Position numbers and translations under genes: made by a program. From Paecilomyces variotii (Eukaryota), in NCBI GenBank assembly GCA_004022145.1, contig RCNU01000002.1: DNA of 64,000 nucleotides. One strand, written 5' to 3'. This document shows, piece by piece, positions 1 to 11,968 of this stretch (the first letter of the stretch is position 1; each line of letters opens with the position of its first letter). The notes under the pieces are model-generated. The model was not told the origin of the DNA. It ran no database searches and saw only the letters and a list, made by a program, of their open reading frames with translations.

Positions 1-501
1 GTAGAGGATCGTATCTCACGTGTGTGCTGATTCATGATGGTTTCTCGCTGGAGGCCTGAGGCGCCACTGGCCCGGTTCTGGTTTTTCTTCGATTCCAGAG
101 AGTTGGGTTAATTATTAGTCGGAGAGCAGCTGGTAGAGAAGAAGAAACTTGCTAGGTTCGTAGACAGGCAGGGAAAGTCCCCATGGGTTTAGTTAGAATG
201 TTAGATAGTCCGTAATTAAGGTCACCCTCCGCTGCGGTTCCTTTGCCCGCCAGAATAACATCATCTCCCCTGGTACGGACCATGTCTCGAGCCCTCCACC
301 GCCCGACATCGACTTTGCACATCTCACCGCTGCAGCGAACTCCATCCATTCAGTAATACGCTCATTTCCAATGCGTCTTGCGTCTGAGAGATCTCACTCG
401 TGCAGTGGATCGTTGCGCCTCTCTGCCCCTCAGACTACTGTTTCATCAATACCAACAACATCATTATCAGCATTGCGGCCGCGACCGCATTGCCATCCAG
501 G

Positions 502-1917
502 ATGATGCGCGCAAACGATCCTCGAATTCGCCAGACGATCAACCAGATCTCGCAGAACATCGAGTCGGCTAATGAAACGGCACAAGAAAGCGTCTACACC
601 TTCACGCAGAATTATCTATCGCCCTGCTTCTCTGCGATCGGCAATTGTCTTCACACGTGCACGGCACCGTGCTTCCCGAGCCGGGAGGACCAGCTGCGTC
701 GTCGACGAAGAGGTCGCGCGGAACTCAACTTTGATTTCTACGATGACTGGGATAACGACGATGCAGGAGATGCCCTGCTGGGTTGGGGGAATGACGAGTT
801 GGATCGTCTCCTCGCGGGGAGTGGGAGCGGTCGCGGCAGCGCAGAGCAGCCGCGCCGACAACGAACAATGAGCTATGGAGCTCGTCGGACAAGACGGCGA
901 AGCACGGTACTTCCGGACGAGAGATCAGACCCAACGGTTATTCCGAAATCTTCATTCTTAGGTTTCCTCGAACGCTTTCCATGGAAGATTGGTGCGAGAG
1001 GTATTAAATACAGACCATCCGCCGCGGACCTGCAAGAGAACCCGGGCGGATTAAGGCGCCACATACACGAAGATGAGCCGTTGATGGAGGCTGCTGAAGA
1101 GAACGAAGACGGACTTGATCGTGGTAAGCAGACCAGACAGCGAAGCGGAACACACTCTTCTCGGGAGACTACAAATTCACTCAGTTCGCGAGGCGATCTG
1201 ATACCGAGCGACGAGGAGGAAGATGCCGTCCCGTTGGATGACGAATTTGCTTTAGCCCTAGGGCGCCGCGGAACTGGTCTCAGCTTGGAAGAGCCCTTCG
1301 GGAAGCCTAGTTTCTCTAGAAGGTCTACTGGTACACATACTTCAAAGGATTCCAGGAGAAAGAGCAAGAGCGACAGCAGAGGGAGATCTTCACTCAAGTC
1401 AGATTATGAAGTGGTCTATGACGGAGACGTCCCTGCTATGGTGGATTTGAAGAAGGAAGAGGAACAAGCCAGGTTGGAAGAGGAGGCGGAAATTGCGCGG
1501 AAGCGCCTTGCTGCTCATAAGCTGGCTATAAGCCGAGGGCTAGAGCACACTGAAGACGATGTATGCGCATGAAAACAAGAATCTTTATGTTTTCAGATTC
1601 AAGCTAACGCAGGAGTTGATTAGTCTACGCCTTCAATGCCGCCTTCTCGATCTTCGACTACGTCGAATATTGGACGTGCATCGCTGACTGTTGACGAAGC
1701 TACCACTCAAGGCGGCACAGCGGTTGCATCTATACATAATTCCCCTGGGGAGCAGACAGCAGCTAATGAGCTACACACGGAGCCATTCCCTCCTCTATCA
1801 CCATCATCGCCAGGCGCTGCATATATGCAAGAGATGGCGCCGTCCGCAACAGAAGTAGACGAGCCAAAACCGGTGGAGCAGAAACCGCGGTCAAACTCTG
1901 ATATGGATGAGAGTTGA
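502..1917 (+). CDS. Conserved hypothetical fungal protein (2 exons: 502-1560, 1624-1917)
   Basis: Long ORF from ATG 502. GTATGC donor at 1561, GCTAAC branch point and TAG acceptor at 1621-1623 join in frame to ORF 1636-1917. Contains FDFYDDWD and WGNDELDRLL blocks. Confidence 0.75.
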
Positions 1918-3007
1918 GTTATTCACATCTTCGAATATCATACGGCCAATAATGAGGAAGACTGATGTGTCTCTTCCACAAACCTTTCCCGTCGAAGAGC
2001 TTTTCATCTCCCACTGTTCCCGCTCTCTTTCCAGGGGCTTGATGACAACGCAAGTGGCTGCGCCATACTGCCGAACAACTAGAGTTATGTCACTACGTTA
2101 TAAGGGGTTTGAGGTATAAGTACAGAATCACCGGGCCGGGCCTTCGTGTCTCAATCTGTTCTCAGGGCATCCCCCGCGGGCCGGGGAAATTATTGTCTTT
2201 TTCTCTTTCCCGGGGGCATTTTCCCGGACGGGGATGGCTATCACGTTGTCCCTTCGTGGACATTCTCCTACAATGAGGCGATTCGATTATCGTCTGATCT
2301 CGTCTGATCCGAAATCGTAGAGCAGCGGGTTCTACTTATCTCTTGCTGATGTTCATTTGTACGATACGAGCGATGACGACGTATAATATGTTATAACATG
2401 ACCTATGATGAACAGTCTGGGCTGAGGTAAGGATACCACATTATACTTCATATTTCTAATACGGCATAATATATTGATCTTGCTATCCGGACTTCACTGG
2501 TAGCCCGAATTGTACCTCAAACTGCAGTCACGGTCCAAGTCAAAATTCCAGGTGACTCTGAAAGTGCAAGGTACAGTGTACTGCAAGGTATAACTATATG
2601 TAGTGTGCATCTAAGACCGCCTGGAAAAGAAGAATAAAAACCAAACTTCCAGTCTCAAAAACCACCTGGATCACTCCGTGTATCAAATCTCGAATTAAGC
2701 AGAATGCCGATTTAGCCGACGGCAAACGCGTGGATCCCATCTAGAACACCCCGCCAACATGCTATTATTATCACGCGCATGACACCATCGTATATATATA
2801 CATGTAGGCCCTTGATCTAACACATCCTGCCGCTGCGATTTGACTATTATTAAAGTTTGATTACCGGACGCTTACTTTCAAACGTCACTGACAGCGAATC
2901 TTTCCATATTTAAGCCCCTCTTACACCTGGCAGAAAGCAAGCGTCATTACTATCGCCTTCTTACCCCAACCACACTCCAACAGAACTTACTCGTGAGCCC
3001 CCGAAAC

Positions 3008-4163
3008 ATGGCTGGACCAGAACAACAAGAGATCGAGAAGGCGCTCAGCACGGGTAATTTCAAGGAAATATCCTGGTATGAGCCGGAACTGGAGACTGTC
3101 ACCGAGCCAGCACGGACACTACTGGAGAAGTATAGCGGGATACCCGCGGATAAGATCACGGAGCATGTTAAGAAAGTCGTGAGTTGCAGACATGGCGAAT
3201 AATATGTCCGCCAAAGACTGACGATAATCTCTCATTTTCTTATTGAGGAGTAGAGAGATCGCGCGTTTGCGATTGTGAGTTCCTTGCCTTTTTTTGCATG
3301 CTTTATCTTATCTTTTTGGGTGGCGGGGAGCGTATCTAGAAGCGGGGAGGGCCTTGAATATATGTACATACTAACAACCAGCCAGTTCCCTTATCCATGC
3401 ATTGGCATGTTCAGATTTCTTGATCTAAGCATTCCCAGCTCACCGTACTATAATGAGGTGATTGAGAGGCTGAGGGCAGGAGAGATATTCTTGGATCTAG
3501 GCTGCTGCTTTGGACAGGAGCTTCGTCAGTTGGTATGTATCCATCCCACCAGAGACTCGGCCGTATAATGAATCGAGAGCATCTCCTGAATTATAAAACA
3601 TATGAAATTATAAAACATATGAGATCAACATCCCGGCTAACAAACCACCACAGGCCTTCGATGGTGCTCCTTCTGAAAACCTCTACGGCTCTGACCTCCG
3701 CCTGGACTTCATGGAACTCGGGTACGACCTCTTCCTCGACAAAGACAAGCTAAAGTCACGCTTCATCGCCTCCGACATCTTTGACCCGGCCTCCGCCCTG
3801 CTCAAAGAACTCTCTGGAAAGGTCGACATCATCCACACGGGTTCATTCTTCCATCTCTTCGACTGGGACCAGCAGGTGGCAATTGCAAAGCAGGCCGTGA
3901 GCATTCTGCGACACAGGCCGGGTTCTCTGATCGTTGGAAGACAAGTCGGACATGTAGAAGCGAAGGAAGATCCGCGTCGTTCGGGAGCCGGGTTGAGATA
4001 TAAACATAACCCGGAGAGCTGGCAGAAGTTATGGGACCAGGTGGGGAGCGAGACGGGTTCGAAGTGGAAAGTGGAGGCGTATGCGGAACCTTTCAATCAC
4101 GGGATGAGGCTTGTTCATGATGAAGGAACGATTAGATTACGATTTGCAGTGAGACGCTTGTAG
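3008..4163 (+). CDS. SAM-dependent methyltransferase (4 exons: 3008-3178, 3254-3274, 3386-3532, 3654-4163)
   Basis: Motif [16 protein letters not shown], plus FPYPCIG and FFHLFDW blocks. All introns are GT-AG, phase 0, and keep the frame. Confidence 0.88.
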
Positions 4164-4704
4164 ATGGTTAGACACGTTGGGATAGATATCAGGTATTGAG
4201 AGGGGATGCGGACCTAACGTTGGATAGAAACGGTATACATATATCTATGTGCATAGCAATGAGGAAAGAATTTCACTTCTCCAATATTCTTGCCTTGAAG
4301 ATATGATCATATCAAATTATACCATTCAATTCTAGAATGCATAGTACGGGATGCGTTCTGAGCCTTGGAACGTCCCATTCAAAATGTATTTACTACTCCA
4401 CAGTGTGTGCAGCGGAAAGCCTCGTTGAGTACAACGTACTTTCCCACTAAACCCCTCGTTCTCTGAAAGGATATAACTTGAGAAAATAAGCGAGTATACT
4501 GTAGTCGGCCCTCATTCTGTATAAGATCTACGAAGACAAGTTAGGTATTTGCTTATCTCCGAGGCATCTCCGAGCAGAGTTGAATAGTTAGCGGTCCGGA
4601 ATATCTTGAGCCCGAGCATAATCCGGACCGAGCCATACAATCTACCAGATTCCCAATGTCTACAATAATACACGCGGAGCAGAAATGCCCTAAACAGCGT
4701 CCCA

Positions 4705-5859
4705 ATGAGACGCCGGACGCGCAAAGCTCTGGTGCAGGTACTCTTCTTCATCAGTATTCTTCTCCTCATTATATACCTTACCCAACCCCAATCCCACGAG
4801 ACCTACGCATGGAACCGTATCCGATATAAGACGACTTCCGCCAGGCTACCGGAGTCGCGCGGCGTCTGTCCAGGCCTGGCAACAGCGACAGATGGCAACA
4901 AACCAGCACTGGTGGTGTCACGCGTTAGTTCCGATGGGGATCCTAGCTGGCTTGATCGATTAGCCAACAAGTATCATTTATGCGTCTATGCGGCTGATGC
5001 GCCATTGGATCCAAAGTCGAAGGATCTCCAGGTCCCTGCGAATCGCGGCCATGAGGCAATGGCATATCTGACGTTCATTATCGACAATTACGCGTCGATT
5101 CCTGCTGCAGGCGCGGTGTTTGTCCATGGATCTCGCTGGGCATGGCATAATGATGCCCCGGATTATGATAATGCAGCCTTGCTAGCCGCACTCGATGTCC
5201 CTGCAGCGCTCGCGCCGTGGGGTTATCATAACCTCCGCTGTGACTGGAGTGCGAGCACATGTCCCCCTTCGGTATCGCCTCAGGGAAGTCTCGAGAACTC
5301 TCTCCAGGCAGTTGTGGAGCCGTGGAGTGCCCGCACAGCGTCTGACGTGGCGCTGCCGCGCGCTCTGGCAGCGCTATTCGGCGGAGATGCGAAGTACACA
5401 ATGACTAGAGAGGGCATGAGACTGCGCCTTGGTCGTGGGGACGCAGTTCGCTCGCAATGCTGTGCGCAGTTCGTCGTTGCACGGAATAACATCTGGCAGC
5501 ATTCGCGCGATGAGTACATTGCCTTGCGGCAGTGGTTGCTTGATGGGAGCGATGAGAAAAATGAGAACCCCAATGCTGCACCTCGCGATGACCGCATCGC
5601 GGGAAGAATCCTGTCGTATGTGTGGCATATTCTATTCTTGAAACATGAGGAATCACCAGATTCGTCATCTTTGGACACCGTTGGGGGTATTGATCTCGAG
5701 CGGCTTAATAGACGAGCTTGTCCAAGTGCCAGTGAGTGCTATTGCCGGCTGTATGGACGCTGTAATCTCGAGCGTTGCACTGCAAGTAGTTGCCGCGGAC
5801 AGTACAATTTGCCGCCGAACTATAAGCTACCCGATGACTGGGCAGCGACGCATTCGTGA
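4705..5859 (+). CDS. DUF3431-like type II membrane protein
   Basis: 384-aa ORF with an N-terminal TM anchor and NRGHEAMAYLTFIIDNY, WHND, CCAQFVV and WHILF motifs typical of DUF3431. Confidence 0.85.
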   Translation: MRRRTRKALVQVLFFISILLLIIYLTQPQSHETYAWNRIRYKTTSARLPESRGVCPGLATATDGNKPALVVSRVSSDGDPSWLDRLANKYHLCVYAADAPLDPKSKDLQVPANRGHEAMAYLTFIIDNYASIPAAGAVFVHGSRWAWHNDAPDYDNAALLAALDVPAALAPWGYHNLRCDWSASTCPPSVSPQGSLENSLQAVVEPWSARTASDVALPRALAALFGGDAKYTMTREGMRLRLGRGDAVRSQCCAQFVVARNNIWQHSRDEYIALRQWLLDGSDEKNENPNAAPRDDRIAGRILSYVWHILFLKHEESPDSSSLDTVGGIDLERLNRRACPSASECYCRLYGRCNLERCTASSCRGQYNLPPNYKLPDDWAATHS

Positions 5860-7387
5860 AGAATGCTCAAAAGAGTATATGTTATGCCACTTGGTTCTCC
5901 TTTTGGATCGGTTCTTGGAAAGCTATGCACGAATATATCCGACTATAACAATTTTTTTTTGGTACGACTTGATATAACGCCGCTCTATAAGCACGCGGTT
6001 CACACCTCTTTCGGCCCGTTGTAGGCCTTTATACAATATCACAGGAATTTCACGCAGGAACTAGGTTCTGATTTAATGTGTATAACATCAATGTCAAGTT
6101 TCTCCTTCCATTTTCTATTCCATCACATGTTGACCAACATGATTTTGTTGATGAGCCAGGCCTTCATATTAAGCCACTGTTACTGAAAGATTTCCTGAAA
6201 ATGGGACAGCAGAAGGCCGTATTTTATTCGTAATTAGTCGGCCATGCGTTTAATGCGTAGTAGCCTGCCGGCTATTACAGTGTTTAGTCTTTCAGGCGAG
6301 CTAGACTTACTATGTGGTTTACAGGACGCAACTGTTCATTGTGGCCTATCTACTTACTCCCGATCCGAAAAGACCAGCCTAGACTTAGAAATGCGTCGAG
6401 TCTAATAATTTATGACTTTTATGATCATGGCTCGTGGCCATTATTGAGGAGACGGTTGGCCACGTTAGGTATGTATCCCTCCCAATAATATCAAAAATAA
6501 AATAAAATAAAAATAAATAAGTAAATGTAGTGAGTTGATTGTATAATCCTTCTAACGACTGGTATTTGATTGATAGATAGTTAATACGACAATGCTTGAT
6601 CTATGACTCCCCAAAGGCAAATGCAGCACAACTCTACGCGACACTCCCCAGAGAGGAGAGGGAGACTTTGGAATTCTCATGAATACGAAATAAAGAGGGT
6701 AATATTAGGCACCCCAGTACTTCAAGGCTTAAGATATGTAAAGAAGGAGGTTTTTAAGATGGAGTGGTCCAATAGAACCTTTCCTTTTACAATGTGAGAT
6801 GGGTAGACCGTTGGGTGAGCCTCATTATGGTATACCACTGCTAGTGAAGTAGTTTCATACTGGTAGTCGGGGAACAGATCTATCCCTGCAATACGATGCT
6901 TACAGTCCCCTTCCCCCCCCCCCCACCTCCCGGTGGTATTTGAATCTTTTAGTAGTTGCAGAGTAGCTTCGCACGAGTCCTACGGAAATATCACAGATAT
7001 ATCTCGGAGGCCTGAGGAGCTGGAGACTGAAACAATGGTTAATTCTTCTATCGTAGGAGGAGGATTCCAGAACCTGAAAATGTACACTAACCTATTGACA
7101 TACAAAACCTTTTCCTCCCGTGCTGCCGTCCCATTACTATGTAGCTAACGAGCCCTTCCGCATCATTTGCTCCCAGCCGCCAGCTTCGAGTTGTATTGCC
7201 CCTTAACTTGTGCCGAGCAAGTTCTTCACTCGGTAATACCAGGCTCAAACGTGCGAGTTGGACCGCTTTCAGCTGGTTGCGGCCCTCCAGACCTCGTTGG
7301 CACTTCTCCTGTTCAATTATCCGTGGGTGTTGTAATGAACATATTTCTCAGGGCCTTTCGAGTGGGCTCTATATCTGCCGACTCTTC

Positions 7388-8491
7388 CTAAAAAGGATCA
7401 AGTCGTACTTGCTTGTAGGTATCACCAACCCTCTCACTTGCTATCCACCGTAGGAAGAGGGACATTGACTTTTCAAATTCCTCCTGTGTCCTGAAGCTAC
7501 AGAGCTTAGATTTCTGAATAACAAGCCCATCGTTCGTGGCATAAGCCTGCAGGATCCTTCCTTGAAAATTCATAAATGAGATTAGCAGGACCTATATAAT
7601 TACATGATATATTTCATTAGCAATTAGTATAAGAGAATATAGTATATTGACGATGTAGCTTCAAAAGGTATATGTTCGGTTTTGCTTACCGGAGTGATAG
7701 AGTGGCTCTCAAGTTTATCATGCTCTAACTGTGTGACCATTGCCGCAAGAATTGTCGAGACTTCTGCATGTGATATATCCTCTTTGCCTTGATAGAAACA
7801 GCTAAGAATAATTGAAACATGTGGTTCATCTTCACGTCTGTACGCGGAATAGCAACTGGCTTCGATAAAGAAGCGTTGGGTAGCGGAGATGTTGTCTTTG
7901 AGCATGTCTTGGTAATAAGGATTTATTATATCAGGAATGATGCCTAGGCTAAAAAAGATTGGACTTGGAAAGATAGTAAAAGCAGTAGATAGCAATCACT
8001 TACTTTTTCCTCCACTTGTTCATTCTCAAGAGCGTCGTACTTGTTGCATTTTCTCCCGTGCCAACTCGACGGCGGGCATTAGCCAGTTGGAGCAGTTTGG
8101 ACCCTAACTCCCCATAAAGTGTGCTGTAATTCTCTTCTAGGAATGATACCATTCCTGACCAACCACGAACCAGTTCAGAGAGCCGTTTTGCTCCTTTGTC
8201 GTTCTCGTCGAGTGGACACGCGTTTAGTGCCTCAATTGAAAGAGGTCTGAAGAACTCTTCGCTAGGACGTAGAGTATATCCATCATCATTATCAACCAGT
8301 GCCATGTCCTCAACCCTAATCCTGAGGGATTTGGCTTGCTCATGGGTGATGTAGACGGTGCTTTCACCCAGATCATAGACAGATTGGAGCATTTGGAAGA
8401 GACTATCGCAGGTCTTTTCACGGTCATCTCGATGATTTTTAATTTCATGTCCGCGCAGGGTGCCAAAGAAGCCCTTGACTCGGGCAGACAT
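7388..8491 (-). CDS. Uncharacterised protein (3 exons), accessory-type
   Basis: ORFs 8491-8000, 7995-7624 and 7573-7388 join in frame via GTAAGT...TAG and GTAAGC...TAG introns. C-terminal block: PVLLISF..GRILQAY...LFLRW....VGDT. Confidence 0.7.
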
Positions 8492-9059
8492 GGCTCCTTC
8501 AGTAATGGGGGTTCGCGTGTGGTTGTGGAACGAGGGCGGAACAAAGTCACGGAGTGAAAAGGGTTTGCTGACTTGCTAAATAGAAAAAGTTGGATGGACA
8601 CTCAGTCGGCAGGAATAGAGCCACACTGTAGATCTTTCGAGTAAAGTTGAGTTGCTATCAATAATCCAGGTATACCTCTTCTTGCAGGAAAGAAAATGAA
8701 ATGGAGGACCCGGCAGCTGATGTTCTCCACGATGCACTGACGTATGGTACTTCAGAAGCAGAGTCCATCTCACTAAGATCGCAAGGAAATTGACGAAGTT
8801 CTATTTCTGCCTGGAACTGTGGCCCAGTCAACGAAAATGCAAAACACTTGACGCCTTTGCCTTACCAGGCAACAGTCGCGTTTTTCTTTGTTCCACGGGT
8901 GCATGGATAGGACAAAGGCCCCCCAGCTTCGGCATAGTGTTGTATCGTTTACACCAATGGAAAGGATTACTGCTTTGTTTTTTTGGTTTATTTGCATCCA
9001 TGAACCTGGCCATAATCAAGATGGTTACTATTTTTACCAGAAACCAAGAAAAGGCCCAA

Positions 9060-9662
9060 CTTGGAAACGGAGAGGGACCTACGTGTCCGTACATTAAGTT
9101 GAGAGAAACATGCCATCCATGACCTGGAAGAAATCGAAGATCAAAAAGTACGACTTCTTTGCGGAGTTGCATTGAACACGCCTTTTAGAACCTCTAACTT
9201 GAGCATGCCGAGGTTCTTCTACAGCAGTTACTTACTTACAATATGGATGTAATTACTTAGCCGCTAGCTAAATCGTACCCCACAGTTCAGGACGTCTACA
9301 TATGCGGAGTCATGGACCAAACTACGATGCTTCCAAGTGGAGAGAACACCGAGACCTCAATTAGTATCTAATTTATGTCTGTCTGAGTATCCATATCGCT
9401 CTTCAGCGTCTGTTGGTGGTCAGTTCTTCATAGCAAAGGTATCTCGCATCGTGATATTAAACCGGATAATATATTGGTGGAGAGCTATGATCCACTCAAG
9501 GTAATCCTTACTGATTTTGGGTGCGCTTCGGACGAGTCGGTCATCCTATATGATGATGATGATTAGTATTATTATTTCCCCGGGACCATCCCCTATCTGG
9601 CTCCTGGGCAACTGGAGAAGAAGACACACACTTGCTGTGTAGAGTGGCAATCGCTGGGGTAG
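9060..9662 (+). pseudogene. Ser/Thr protein kinase pseudogene
   Basis: Manual translation from 9426 gives LHSKGISHRDIKPDNILV...ILTDFGC...DDDD*YYYFPGTIPYLAPG. In-frame TAG at 9564-9566. A frameshifted G-loop-like segment lies near 9060-9100. Confidence 0.85.
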
Positions 9663-10047
9663 GTGATGCCCTAAGTAGTAAGACTAACTATCGCTTGCGC
9701 AGGAGCGCGATACCCCAAACAAGTAAGACTAATCCAGGCCCACAGAATAAGTAGATTATCGTTGAGCGGTAGTTAGTGAAAGCGATCAATTAGTTAAAGG
9801 GTTTCCTAAAATGCTAGTAGTAGCCACCTCACGTTCGCGTTCCTGTCTAATATTATTTATGCCAATATAATTTCAAATCCGCTTGCGATATTGATATCCT
9901 TACTGCTTATTATTATAGCTTCTTCTTCGAAAGTCTGTATTAATGTGCGAAGCCCCATAACTGCGGTGCCTACCCGCAGGTCCACCTTTATTACTTGATG
10001 TTTAAACAGTGACTAGAGAGGATTATTAAGTAGGTATTGCCTCTTCA

Positions 10048-10048
<1 letters not shown>

Positions 10049-10077
<29 letters not shown>
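10049..10077. repeat. C29 homopolymer
   Basis: Direct read of the sequence. Confidence 0.95.
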
Positions 10078-10078
<1 letters not shown>

Positions 10079-10137
10079 CAACGAAAAAACGAGCATTATT
10101 TATCTTCACATTGGGTAAAATATCGTCTAATATGTCG

Positions 10138-10192
10138 ATATCTATATCTATATCTATATCACTATCACTATCACTATCTATTATTCTATATC
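10138..10192. repeat. Compound hexamer microsatellite (TATATC)n to (ACTATC)n
   Basis: atatctatatctatatctatatcactatcactatcactatcta. Confidence 0.85.
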
Positions 10193-10378
10193 GTTATCGC
10201 CCGTAATCTTTGACTTTTCGTAGAACGAAGAAGACGTCATCACCAACATTCCATGGAGTTCTAATGAAGATGTAAAAAAAAAGAAATGGCGCCCAGTAAG
10301 ATATGCCGATAAGAGACTCAAAAATCGCAAATAGGGTATTATTATAAAAAGCGCAATCCAAATAGGCTTGGAATAATC

Positions 10379-11968
10379 TCAAGCTGACGTTTCAGCGGTG
10401 TCAACTTCAGTCCTTTCGCTGTCGCTGACATCGTTATCCGTTTGTTTATGGCGCGTTCTAGTTTCAGCGATGAGGGCGAACAGGGATGCAATGAAGACTC
10501 CCATTCCAGAAAGGCCGATACCGACGTACCACGCGCTGCGGTAGCCGCGCAGGACTTCATTTCCGCTCTTGTTAATTTGGGACTCAACGGTGCCTGCGAT
10601 TCCAAGTCCGATGGAGATAGAGTAATTAACCACGGTGTTCATTAGGGATGCAGCGATCCCCTGGTGTTCTCGTGGCGTAGCGTTGCTCAAGATGATGGTG
10701 CCGGCTGGGTAGGAAAGATCCTGGAAACAAGTTGTCAGAGAGGATGCTGTGCAAATCCAATAGTGAGAGATAATACGTACCATTCCCCAAGGAGTGACAA
10801 TCGTCGACACAAACGTCTGTGCCCAGTAGATTTGTCCAACGGGGACCGTTGCCATCAATATTGTGCCCACCAAGAAGGCAGTCATGGCGATCATCATGAT
10901 ATAATGAGCATCAATAGTGCCGAGGAGAATCGAGCTACTAAAAGCGGCGAGGAGTCCGGAAATCCCACATGGAACGAACTGAGCTGTCACGCTCAATGGA
11001 TGGAAGCCTCGTAGAACTTCCGATAGCTGCCATGTGTAGTACACCCAGATACCAAAAGATGACCAGCCTGCTGCGATACATGCCAGGACGAATGCGGTGT
11101 CCATCTTGAGGGCTCTGATAGGCACAACAGGGTGCAACACGCGAGATTCGATGAAGAAGAATAGACAGAGGAAGGCGATTCCGACAATGAGAAGGATGTA
11201 GTTATAGGGAACCTGCCAACCGACTACCGGGCCTTGGTTCCAAGCAAAATTGACAAGAACCAGGCCGACAACGCCGGTGATTGAACCCCAAGGGTCCAAT
11301 TGACCTTTCTCCTTTCGCCTGGTGACATCAGAATCCTGCAGCGGGACAATAAGATATGACAAGATAGCCAGTGCGAAGCACACCATCGCCATCACCCAAT
11401 ATCCCCATGGCCACCAGACGAACTCTGCAAAAATACTGGAAAAGACGGCACCGACGACGAAACCGTTGGGAGCGGTAGCACCGAATACGCTGAACGTGAG
11501 GTTTTTTTTGGGACCGGGAGGGAACATGTTGCTCAGAATGGCGATGGCATTAGGGAGTAGTATCGCAGGCCCTATTCCCTGAAAGGCTCGACAGATGTCG
11601 TACAGGATCTGGCCAGAATAGGCACTGAAGCCACAGATAAGGGACCATAGCGAAAACCAGAGCCACCCGATGACCACCAGTCGTTTATGACCGTAGACAT
11701 CGCCAAACCGACCTGCAATCAAAATGAAGGTGCCGACGGTCAAACTGTAGGCCGCCGGTTGCCAGCTTAATTCACCCGGGCTGCGCGCACCAATATCGGG
11801 TCCGATGATATGCAACGGCGCAATTGACTGTCCAAGACCGGCCTGGGTGAATAGTTGCGACAGACATAAGATCGCGATCGTAGCGCCCTTCTGAAGAGTC
11901 GGGATCGATGATGGATCCTTGTGCGGTTTCTCGGGATCACCTCCTTTATTCCGCCAGCGCCAGACCAT
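10379..11968 (-). CDS. MFS drug:H+ antiporter, DHA2/Atr1-like (intron 10721-10780)
   Basis: About 14 hydrophobic segments. Motifs W..AAYSLTVGTFILIAGRFGDVYGHK, CRAFQGIGPAILLPN and HQGIAASL. ATG at 11968. Confidence 0.92.
   Translation of the reverse strand: MVWRWRNKGGDPEKPHKDPSSIPTLQKGATIAILCLSQLFTQAGLGQSIAPLHIIGPDIGARSPGELSWQPAAYSLTVGTFILIAGRFGDVYGHKRLVVIGWLWFSLWSLICGFSAYSGQILYDICRAFQGIGPAILLPNAIAILSNMFPPGPKKNLTFSVFGATAPNGFVVGAVFSSIFAEFVWWPWGYWVMAMVCFALAILSYLIVPLQDSDVTRRKEKGQLDPWGSITGVVGLVLVNFAWNQGPVVGWQVPYNYILLIVGIAFLCLFFFIESRVLHPVVPIRALKMDTAFVLACIAAGWSSFGIWVYYTWQLSEVLRGFHPLSVTAQFVPCGISGLLAAFSSSILLGTIDAHYIMMIAMTAFLVGTILMATVPVGQIYWAQTFVSTIVTPWGMVRIISHYWICTASSLTTCFQDLSYPAGTIILSNATPREHQGIAASLMNTVVNYSISIGLGIAGTVESQINKSGNEVLRGYRSAWYVGIGLSGMGVFIASLFALIAETRTRHKQTDNDVSDSERTEVDTAETSA

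Noticed and set aside
1..40. Possible start of a minus-strand gene (ATG AAT CAG CAC ACA C|GTGAGA) running off the window edge
   Set aside because: Too little sequence to support a call.
1930..2430. TGATGA/CTGA words and GC-rich hairpins suggesting C/D snoRNAs
   Set aside because: No properly spaced C/D pair with a terminal stem or a recognisable rRNA-antisense guide. More likely 3' UTR.
9961..10016. CTGCGG...CCGCAG hairpin followed by CTAG, resembling a Helitron 3' end
   Set aside because: The hairpin-to-CTAG spacing (~33 nt) is too long, and there is no 5' end or Rep/helicase remnant.
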